64,000 nt of DNA from an uncultured Poribacteria bacterium (GTDB taxonomy: Bacteria; Poribacteria; WGA-4E; WGA-3G): contig OX638351.1 in the NCBI GenBank assembly GCA_951813565.1, positions 3,712,001 to 3,776,000 of the forward strand. The letters are read 5' to 3'. Under the pieces are notes generated by a model. That model saw only the letters and a list, made by a program, of their open reading frames with translations, was not told the origin of the DNA and made no database searches. Numbering within the stretch: position 1 is the stretch's first letter; each line of letters starts with the position of its first letter. The position numbers and the translations under genes were made by a program. Positions 10,743 through 18,777 of the stretch are shown piece after piece.

Positions 10743-11153
10743 ATGCCAGACACAAACGAAAACACACAAGAACCCCAACAGCGAATTAATCGGCATTTCT
10801 TACGTTATCTACGTGAAGACGCCAAACTTACACGGGAACAACTTGCACAGGAAATGGATGTCGAAACCGAGTTAGTCCATCACTGGGAATCGGGAAGACG
10901 ACAACCGAGCCAAAGACACCAATTTGATTTAGAAAAATTGTTCGGTATTGAAGCAGGCGCACTCTGCCTCGAAATGCCACAACTCCTCATTGAAGATTTC
11001 AGCGCCGCATATTTTGGCGATGAAGACGCACGCGCAAGAATTGATTGGGTAGATGAGAAAAAACGATTAGCACAAGTACTTTCTATAATTCCGTCCACGA
11101 AAAAATTGCCAACCGCAGAACTTGTCACAGCGTTGCTCGAAGAACTCCTATAG
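10743..11153 (+). CDS. XRE-family helix-turn-helix transcriptional regulator
   Basis: LRYLREDAKLTREQLAQEMDVETELVHHWESGRRQPS. Confidence 0.85.
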   Translation: MPDTNENTQEPQQRINRHFLRYLREDAKLTREQLAQEMDVETELVHHWESGRRQPSQRHQFDLEKLFGIEAGALCLEMPQLLIEDFSAAYFGDEDARARIDWVDEKKRLAQVLSIIPSTKKLPTAELVTALLEELL

Positions 11154-11304
11154 CGAATATTCACACTGCCCCACTGTTTTTTCCTTTTTGGGTGAATTTA
11201 GCAGAATTGATTGAAAATCCTAACCCCTAAAATTTCCTTTTAACGCAACTTTTTACATAATTTGCATAATTGTTGTCAAAAAACTATAATTTATTGTTAA
11301 TTAC

Positions 11305-11396
11305 TTGACATTTATTGATTATTTATGTATAATTATTGTTAATATAACGCAATTCAGTGTTAATTGCTTGACATTTGATTGCATCTATTGTATAAT
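11305..11396 (+). promoter_or_regulatory. Two tandem perfect-consensus sigma70 promoters with repeated operator-like boxes
   Basis: TTGACA(11305)-17-TATAAT(11328) and TTGACA(11368)-17-TATAAT(11391); ATAATTATTGTTAAT-like boxes overlap them. Confidence 0.75.
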
Positions 11397-11432
11397 TATT
11401 GTTAATCACTGAGAGATAACGCACTAAAAAGA

Positions 11433-11790
11433 GACGCGCATGGTGCGCGTCCTCCACTGACGAGTGAAAAACCACGGTGCATCGAGCAAACTCTCATAAC
11501 AGGCATGCCGTTGTGGCATGTTGCACAACAATCGGAGGTTATAGATGACTCGAGACATCATCACTAATAAATGGTTTATTGGTGCTATTGCCCTCCTGAT
11601 AATAATTGCTGGTGCGTGTTATTTATGGTACCGATATGACACGGCACCTTATAGACAAGAGGCAGCCGAATCCGCTAAGTTACTCCGTCAACGGGAAGCA
11701 ACCCAAAAAGCGGAGACTGAGAACGCGGAAAAACAGGCAGCCGATGTGACACCTGCGGAAAGCACAACGCCAACCGCAGAGAAATCTATC
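11433..11790 (+). repeat. Direct repeat copy 1 (leader plus constant 5' coding region); copy 2 at ~13193-13545
   Basis: Near-identical sequence from GCGCATGGTGCGCGTCC through the RBS and roughly the first 80 codons of the two MTRDIITNKW genes. Confidence 0.9.
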
Positions 11791-12327
11791 AACGGGTCAA
11801 CCGCTGAAGTGGAAAATAACACCGAAGCGGACAAACAACAGTCAGATACGCCAGCGGAAACACAGGCCGCAGCGGATGTGCACACCTCACTATACGGGTT
11901 AGGTGCTTATCCTGAGATCCCGAAGGGGTTTTATTCTCAGGATCCGGAAGTCGTATTTGGTGGCGGTAGTATCGAATTTGAATTAATGGCGCGTGTTCGT
12001 ATAGAACTATTTAAACGCGGTATAATCACGACGAGTGTGACAATGAGTGATCAAACAGGTTTAGTATATCCTATTGTAGAAGGTGAAGTTTATGTAAGTT
12101 GGGGATACGGTAATTTTCCCGGTATAGGCGAGCAAAGATACGCTGTAGAAATTTCGGGTTCCCGTAAAACGATGAGTAGGATCAGAAATAATGTAAGGAA
12201 TCGGGAGTCACCGCTTCCTGTAGAAATTCGGCAAATTACCGAGCTTGATATTCCACAAGATGTCGTTGTCAAAACGGTTCAGGAAGGCATAGAACCGTAT
12301 AAATTTCTGAGTCTAAAACAACCTTAA
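11545..12327 (+). CDS. Membrane-anchored protein of unknown function, pair family component A (copy 1)
   Basis: N-terminal TM, low-complexity stalk, conserved GxGxYPxxP, ELMxRVRIxL and GIxPYKFLxL motifs shared with 13304 and 38230. Confidence 0.8.
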   Translation: MTRDIITNKWFIGAIALLIIIAGACYLWYRYDTAPYRQEAAESAKLLRQREATQKAETENAEKQAADVTPAESTTPTAEKSINGSTAEVENNTEADKQQSDTPAETQAAADVHTSLYGLGAYPEIPKGFYSQDPEVVFGGGSIEFELMARVRIELFKRGIITTSVTMSDQTGLVYPIVEGEVYVSWGYGNFPGIGEQRYAVEISGSRKTMSRIRNNVRNRESPLPVEIRQITELDIPQDVVVKTVQEGIEPYKFLSLKQP

Positions 12328-12355
12328 CCTTAAATCCAAAATAAGGAGTATTTCG

Positions 12356-12880
12356 ATGAAGAGATTCTTAATTTTCACAACAATTGCAATAAGCCTATTT
12401 TCTATTGCATACATTTCAGTAGCTAGAAACAATGGTGGATCGGGATGGGCTCCCATTAATATGGGTAGATATACAGGATCAGTAGCGTGGGGACATGATG
12501 CGGGTATAGATTTATATTCTAATGCTTATACAGGAGTATTTAGACGCGCTGCGGATCCAGATAGTGAGATCGAAGCTGAACGAAAGGTCGTCTACAATTG
12601 GTCTGCATCTGCTAATGTTGGGTATAACGGAAATGATGAAAGTACTAAAGGTGACTATAGCGTACATGCTAAAATACTCACTTATTCTCAAGATAGATCC
12701 GGCAAATGGGATGGTGGAGACCTTGATATAAATGGAGGATTTTATGTGCAAATGTCTCCACCACCAGATGGCGTTGTTCTTGATAGAAATGATTGTTCGT
12801 CATATGGTGGGGCTAATAGAAGACGAGGCTTGCTAGGAAAAGTTGTAGATTACACAGTGGCATTTGTTAATTACCCTTAG
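12356..12880 (+). CDS. Secreted hypothetical protein, pair family component B (copy 1)
   Basis: AGGAG RBS, Sec signal MKRFLIFTTIAISLFSIAYISVA, G/N/D/Y-rich mature part. Confidence 0.75.
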   Translation: MKRFLIFTTIAISLFSIAYISVARNNGGSGWAPINMGRYTGSVAWGHDAGIDLYSNAYTGVFRRAADPDSEIEAERKVVYNWSASANVGYNGNDESTKGDYSVHAKILTYSQDRSGKWDGGDLDINGGFYVQMSPPPDGVVLDRNDCSSYGGANRRRGLLGKVVDYTVAFVNYP

Positions 12881-12936
12881 TACTGAAGTTGTATGGTACC
12901 AGTGTTTACATACTCTGGTAGTATTTATCGTAACAC

Positions 12937-12974
12937 AGGCAGGTATCCGCTTGGGTATCTGCCTTTACTTTTTT
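12937..12974 (+). terminator. Intrinsic terminator after cassette 1
   Basis: AGGCAGGTATCC-GCTT-GGGTATCTGCCT hairpin followed by TTACTTTTTT. Confidence 0.7.
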
Positions 12975-13303
12975 ACCTACCTTCCAGTTTTTTATTACGT
13001 TTTTGTTCCCTAAATCTCTGCTATAAATTTAGTGGCGATTTCACCATACCCACAATATCAGAAAAATAGCACAACTTCGCATAATATCCCATCACCCGTT
13101 TCACATAAATTATTGTTAATTGCTTGAGCATTTTGTTTCAGTTCTTGTATAATTGTTGTTAATTACTGAAGATACCTCACCGAACACACAAAGCGCATGG
13201 TGCGCGTCCTGCACTGACAAGTGGAAAACCACGGTGCATCACAAAAAATCTCTCATAACAGACATGCCGTTGTGGCATGTTGCACAACAATCGGAGGTTA
13301 TAG

Positions 13304-14029
13304 ATGACTCGAGACATCATCACTAATAAATGGTTTATTGGTGCTATTGCCCTCCTGATAATAATTGCTGGTGCGTGTTATTTATGGTACCAACACGATA
13401 CGGCACCCTATAGGCAAGAGGCAGCCGAAACCGCTAAGTTACTCCGTCAACGGGAAGCAACCCAAAAAGCGGTAAACAACGAGGCAGAACAAGCAGCCGA
13501 TGTGACACCTGTGGAAAGCACAACGCCAACCGCAGAGAAACCTATAACCGAAATGACTGATGAAGTGTTGGAAATAGGTGCGAAAACCGATACTGCAGTG
13601 GAGAATGTTTCTGCCTCTAAGCAGGGAACGGAAAACGCTGAAGAAGTACGCGTTTCTCCTCACGGTTTTGGACCTTATCCAGAGGTACCAGAGGATTTTC
13701 CTAAAAACGTTGATTGGTCTGACTATGAAAATGACCTCCCCATCTATGAATTAATGATACGCGTACGAATCAAATTATGGAAACAAGGACACCGTACTGC
13801 AGGTATCGGTGAAGAAAATGGGTTGCTGTATCCTATCATGCGCGGTACCGCTTACATCCAGTGGAGTGATGATGGCAAAGAAATAATCGGAATCACAGGA
13901 CATCCAGAGGATATGTCTGACACTGTTGTTGATCAAATATACGAGTCTGGCACATTTCCAGCGTGGCTTACAGTTATTAATCGTGAAAAAGCGGGTATAG
14001 ACCCGTATAAATTTCTTAACCTACAATAA
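13304..14029 (+). CDS. Membrane-anchored protein, pair family component A (copy 2)
   Basis: N-terminus nearly identical to 11545; C-terminal domain diverged but keeps the family motifs. Confidence 0.8.
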   Translation: MTRDIITNKWFIGAIALLIIIAGACYLWYQHDTAPYRQEAAETAKLLRQREATQKAVNNEAEQAADVTPVESTTPTAEKPITEMTDEVLEIGAKTDTAVENVSASKQGTENAEEVRVSPHGFGPYPEVPEDFPKNVDWSDYENDLPIYELMIRVRIKLWKQGHRTAGIGEENGLLYPIMRGTAYIQWSDDGKEIIGITGHPEDMSDTVVDQIYESGTFPAWLTVINREKAGIDPYKFLNLQ

Positions 14030-14045
14030 CAAGGAGTCAATTCTT

Positions 14046-14354
14046 ATGAAAAGGATTTTCAGTTTTCTCATTCTCGTTTTGATAAGTAGTACTGTTTTTT
14101 CTCACCACAAACCGTGGGAAAATCGGGTGCAACACGATTACGACACATATACACGAGATAATACTTACGCAACGGCAATTGATCAGTACCCTCTTAATAC
14201 TGCTCCAATACTCAGGTCACGTGCTCGGACATCAGCCAAGAATAATAATGATGAAAATTATCATCGATGGGTAGCAACCTCGGATGTAAGGTGCAATAAC
14301 GATGAATATAAAGGTCATTGGGGTTTTAGTAACCTACACTCCGCAGTTGTTTAA
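14046..14354 (+). pseudogene. Secreted protein, pair family component B (copy 2), truncated by IS1634
   Basis: Signal MKRIFSFLILVLISSTVFS; last codons read into the IS left end starting at 14333. Confidence 0.7.
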
Positions 14355-16052
14355 TCAGATTTTGAGTATTTATGTTATACTCTTTATATCTTGCATATAA
14401 GGAGGTAATATCATTACTCAACCTACTTTTACAACTCAGCGTTTAGATCACCTCGGCATAGTTGCCGGTGTGTGTGATCGTATTGGCTTGATAGACACGA
14501 TTGATACTTTTATTGGTCCAACGAAACGGAAAGTTTCAGTGGGTGAAGCTGTGTCCGCAATGATCTTGAATGCTTTAGGTTTTGTTTCACGCCCTCTCTA
14601 CTTGACACCAGAGTTTTTTGAAAATAAACCTGTAGACCTGTTGATCCGTCCTCACCTCTGTGCTGCCGATTTTACGGACGATAGTCTGGGGCGTGCCTTA
14701 GATACACTTTATGAAAATGGGGTCACTGAACTTTTTGCGACGATTGCGTCCAAGGCGTTATCAACATTTGACATAGACCATCGTTTTGTTCATCTGGATA
14801 GCACTACTTTTAGTTTTCATGGGAACTATGATACCGAAACAGATGATGAACACGCGATCCAAATCACTCACGGGTATAGTCGTGATCAGCGCCCTGATCT
14901 CAAACAAGTGGTTGTTCAACTTCTATGTTCTTATCGGTCTCAGTTCCCTGTATGGTTCAAAGCACTTGATGGAAATCAGGCTGATAAAACAAGTTTTCCT
15001 GACACGATCCGAGCGTATCTGGCTCAAATGCGTGGCAGTGATGCGCCCTATTTTGTAGCGGATAGTGCGCTTTATACTGCCCGTAACATTGCTGTGCTCA
15101 GTGATGTGCGTTTCATTACGCGTGTTCCTGAAACACTCAAAGCTGTCAAAGAACTTTATCAAACTATCTCTACTGAAGATATGCAGCCAGCACCGCTTGA
15201 GGGGTATCGTTATCTTTCGGTGGATAGCAGCTATGGAGATATCCCGCAAAGATGGCTAATTGTTTATTCCGAAGCAGCGTATCATCGTGAAGTGGCGACT
15301 TTAGAAAAAAAGATTGCCAAAGCACAGACTGTTGCTGAAACATCTCTCAAACGCTTGCGAAATAAATCGTTTGATACCAACTCAGCGGTTGAAGCTGCCG
15401 TGTCAGAAATATCCAAGTCTTGGAAGTATCATAAACCATGCGTCTCCATTATCTCTGTTCCACATTACACAACATCGGGACGACCGAAAAAAACAGATAA
15501 CCCCACACACTTTCGTTATCGTATTGAGGGCGAAGCTGTTGCGAATATAGAAGCGATTGAAAAACTCAAACGCAGCAAAGGCAGATTTGTGTTAGCTACC
15601 AATGAGTTAGATACAACTTTACTTGACGATGCCACTATTCTTGAAGCCTATAAAGCACAGAACATCTCTGTGGAACGCGGTTTTCGGTTTTTGAAAGACC
15701 CTTTATTCTTTGCCAATAGTCTATATTTAGAAAAACCCCAACGGATCATGGCATTACTGATGGTGATGGGACTTTCGCTACTTGTTTATGCGCTTGCGGA
15801 ACAATGGGTTCGGTTGGAATTAGAAAAACAGGAACAAACAATACCCAACCAAGTCGGTAAACCCACGCAAACCCCAACGCTCCGACGCATCTTTCAAATG
15901 TTTGAAAATATTGACGTATTATTGATAGAACAAAACGATCATATACAACGCACTATCGTAAACCTAAATGTAATACAGTCTAAGATTATCAACATATTAG
16001 GAATAGAAGTCAAAAATGTTTATTTTCCAGATCCATAACTGCGGAGTGTAGG
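14333..16052 (+). mobile_element. IS1634-family insertion sequence
   Basis: Perfect TIRs CCTACACTCCGCAGTT / AACTGCGGAGTGTAGG enclosing the transposase; no matching TSD. Confidence 0.9.
14413..16038 (+). CDS. IS1634-family transposase
   Basis: RLDHLGIVAG, HLDSTT, GYSRDQRPDLKQ, VADSALY, VERGFRFLKDP; frame extends upstream of GTG 14470 to ATT 14413 behind GGAGG. Confidence 0.9.
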   Translation: MTQPTFTTQRLDHLGIVAGVCDRIGLIDTIDTFIGPTKRKVSVGEAVSAMILNALGFVSRPLYLTPEFFENKPVDLLIRPHLCAADFTDDSLGRALDTLYENGVTELFATIASKALSTFDIDHRFVHLDSTTFSFHGNYDTETDDEHAIQITHGYSRDQRPDLKQVVVQLLCSYRSQFPVWFKALDGNQADKTSFPDTIRAYLAQMRGSDAPYFVADSALYTARNIAVLSDVRFITRVPETLKAVKELYQTISTEDMQPAPLEGYRYLSVDSSYGDIPQRWLIVYSEAAYHREVATLEKKIAKAQTVAETSLKRLRNKSFDTNSAVEAAVSEISKSWKYHKPCVSIISVPHYTTSGRPKKTDNPTHFRYRIEGEAVANIEAIEKLKRSKGRFVLATNELDTTLLDDATILEAYKAQNISVERGFRFLKDPLFFANSLYLEKPQRIMALLMVMGLSLLVYALAEQWVRLELEKQEQTIPNQVGKPTQTPTLRRIFQMFENIDVLLIEQNDHIQRTIVNLNVIQSKIINILGIEVKNVYFPDP

Positions 16053-16389
16053 TTTAAACTAATATTTCTACATAAATTGCATAAATTGTCGCATAACGTT
16101 ACCTCTCTAAACCATAACTCTGAGTAACACACATTAACTAAAAATTCTTAAAACTAAATAACCCTGGTTGGTATTGCTTTTGTTTGAATCTCGGATTATT
16201 GAGGAAGGCTCTATAGTGCGTCTTAAGAAAAAGGCGTTTGTAGTCGCGCAATTGATTGCGCCTCTTACACATATACATGTGAACGTGGCAACTTGAATGT
16301 CTCTGAAATAAAGGTTGAAATCTGGGAAGAAAATAAAGTGAAACCCAACATTACCGTTTATTTATGTGATGGAACGATATGTTGAGTTT

Positions 16390-17301
16390 TATAGTAAATC
16401 CCGTAATTACTTATACACTTTTATAATATCATCAATAGAGGTCTCAGCGTTGTATTGACGTATCCGCTTGATGTTGGCGAAATCCTTCTCAATCGGGTTC
16501 AACTCCGGTGAATACGGCGGTAAAAACAACAAACTCGCACCGCAATCCCGGATCAATGCCGCCGTCTGTGAACCTTTGTGGAAAGACGCATTATCCATAA
16601 TCACAACATGGCTATCGTCAAGCAATGGACACAACATTTCCGAAAGCCAACTGTTGAAGGCGACCGCGTCGCAACTGCCCTCGAAAAGCACAGGTGCTGT
16701 GAAACATCCATCAAGCCTTGCAGCAATCAGCGTCGTGGTGGTATACCGATGGCTTGGCACTTTATCTTCAACACGGACACCTTTCGGGGCATAAGCATAC
16801 CGACGGAAAGTGGTTTCAGTGAAACCACTTTCGTCAAGATAAACCGGTGTTTTGCCATGCGCCTGTGTCTCTTGTTGAAGTGCCGAAAGATACTCTTGGC
16901 GTTTTATCGGACACTGTTCTTTGTAGGTCGTGGTCTTTTTTTTCGCGTGATATTGAGTTTTGAGAAGGCATAAAAGATGCCATTTGTTGAAACACCGAAG
17001 TGTTTAGCACGTTCGGCGAGTGTGGAATCTGGGAAATCGGCAACATGTTGCTGAAGTGCGTCATAATCAATATCTCGGGGCCCTTTGGGTCCCGGTTTTT
17101 CACAGGCGAAGGGGTCTTCTGCTTCCAACCAGTTATAGATCGTTCTTCTTGAGACACGAAAAGTGCGTTCTGCGGCGGCTTTACTGCCACCATTATTGAT
17201 GAAATCAAGCACGCGTTTGCGTAAATCTGTTGAATATGCCATAATTATAAAGGCTAGCATAAATCCCAGAAAATGTAAACTTATTTTCAATATCTACTAT
17301 A
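16390..17301 (-). mobile_element. IS630-family insertion sequence
   Basis: TATAGTA ends; two overlapping ORFs: HTH part MAYSTDLRKRV and DDE part YLDESGF...IMDNASFH...LPPYSPELNPIE. Confidence 0.9.
16407..17242 (-). CDS. IS630 transposase expressed via a frameshift at an A8 run
   Basis: OrfA 16904-17242 joins OrfB at CGAAAAAAAAGACC (T8 at 16936-16943 on +), giving RKKKTTTYKE. Confidence 0.8.
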
Positions 17302-17345
17302 ATAGTACGAACTTCTCCGTGGACCTACGGTTAGTATCGGATACA

Positions 17346-18209
17346 TCAAGAGGTTCCATCTTCACTATCAGCGACTTGCGTCCGAAGTCGTTCTAACTCA
17401 GCTTCTAACGCCTGTCGCCGTTCAGCTTCCTGTTTAGCAAGTGTCTCTGCTGCTTGTCGACGCTCTGCTGCTTCTGCTGCCATTGCCTCTGCTTGCTCTC
17501 GCAGGTGTTGCTCTTGTTCTCTGAGTTGTTTTTCTTGCTTACGGAGTTGTTGTTCTTCCATAGAAGTCGTTATCGGTGTGCCATCAGGAAGGGACGGGCG
17601 CAATAGTCTTACATGTGTCAATAGGTCATCTTTCCATCGAAACCAGAGATTTAACGCATTACTGAACAATCCACCTTCGGCATCAGGCACAATCTCAGTA
17701 TAACTCCCAGAAGTACTCCGCTGCCAACCGCGAAATTCCGCTGGTTTCTCCATTTCAGGTTGATGGATAAAGTATTCTTGAACACCTATTTCAGTCATAT
17801 ACAAGTCTACTTTTTTCTGACGATCCAGATGTGCAATTGAGTCAGAGAGAAATTCAAAAACAGCAACGGGCACCGCACCTTCTGCCCACGTATAGAAACT
17901 ACGGCGCAATGGGTATTTATCAACACCAAACACGATGTGGATATCGGGGGCAACACATTTTGTGATGTCACCTTCGCTATAATAGATAAAACTGTCAACG
18001 GCAATGTGAACCAGATCGTTGATTGCGAAATATCGCTTGAGTTGGTCAGATAACGTAGTTATCTGTTCAGCATGAAAATCGGTTTCAGCCATAGGTTCGT
18101 CGTCCTCACACGGATAACCTTCTATGTAAATGGTCAGTTTTCCACTCGCTTTTGGAAAAACTGGCATATACTTTTTTTGTTTAATTCTGAAATCGTTTAG
18201 AGTATCCAT
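17346..18209 (-). CDS. Uma2-family (PD-(D/E)XK) endonuclease with coiled-coil tail
   Basis: PMAETDFH, VAPDIHIVFG, VFEFLS, GVQEYF motifs; E/Q/A/R-rich tail; GGAG RBS before MDTL. Confidence 0.85.
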   Translation of the reverse strand: MDTLNDFRIKQKKYMPVFPKASGKLTIYIEGYPCEDDEPMAETDFHAEQITTLSDQLKRYFAINDLVHIAVDSFIYYSEGDITKCVAPDIHIVFGVDKYPLRRSFYTWAEGAVPVAVFEFLSDSIAHLDRQKKVDLYMTEIGVQEYFIHQPEMEKPAEFRGWQRSTSGSYTEIVPDAEGGLFSNALNLWFRWKDDLLTHVRLLRPSLPDGTPITTSMEEQQLRKQEKQLREQEQHLREQAEAMAAEAAERRQAAETLAKQEAERRQALEAELERLRTQVADSEDGTS

Positions 18210-18343
18210 GATTTTCTCCGTTGTGTATTCAGGGCAAGAACTATTTAAGGAACACTCAGGCTGTTTGAAAATATCACAAAACAGTCTTATCATTTCTTTT
18301 GATTTTAACAGAAAATACATGATTTTTCAAGGTAATTGTGAAC

Positions 18344-18704
18344 GGGTGTGTAAAGTTTTTGTAGAAATCCGCACAACTCCTATTGTAGGGGCGGGACTCT
18401 GTGCCCGCCCGTTGTTTGGAAACATCAGTTAAGGCGAGGCACAGGGACCCCGCCCATAGGCGTCAATTTAAGCACACAATTACCAGATTGCCTCTTGTGG
18501 GAGGGCTTTATAAGCCCGATTTATATGTATTTATCGGGGTTGAAAACCCCTCCCACAAGAGGGTATATCCTTAAATTGACGGCTATGGGGCACCAAATCA
18601 ACGGTATGAATGCCTTATGGCATTCCCCGGGACCCCGCTCTACAGTGGAAAACGCCGCGTAATCATTGCAAATTGAACCTATGTAACCAAATATTTACAC
18701 ACCC
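18344..18704. mobile_element. Composite MITE with a nested second MITE
   Basis: Outer TIR GGGTGTGTAAA / TTTACACACCC with 8-bp near-TSD TTGTGAAC/ATGTGAAC; inner element 18453-18589 with TIR CCCATAGGCGTCAATTTAAG / CTTAAATTGACGGCTATGGG. Confidence 0.75.
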
Positions 18705-18777
18705 ATGTGAACAAAAAACGCGAGGTACAACAACCTCGCCCTACAAGTTTTCCAAGATTTGTATAATGGTTAATAGC

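Noticed and set aside
11545..14029. Diversity-generating retroelement template/variable repeat pair
   Set aside because: The shared region is at the 5' end, differences are not adenine-specific, and no reverse transcriptase is present
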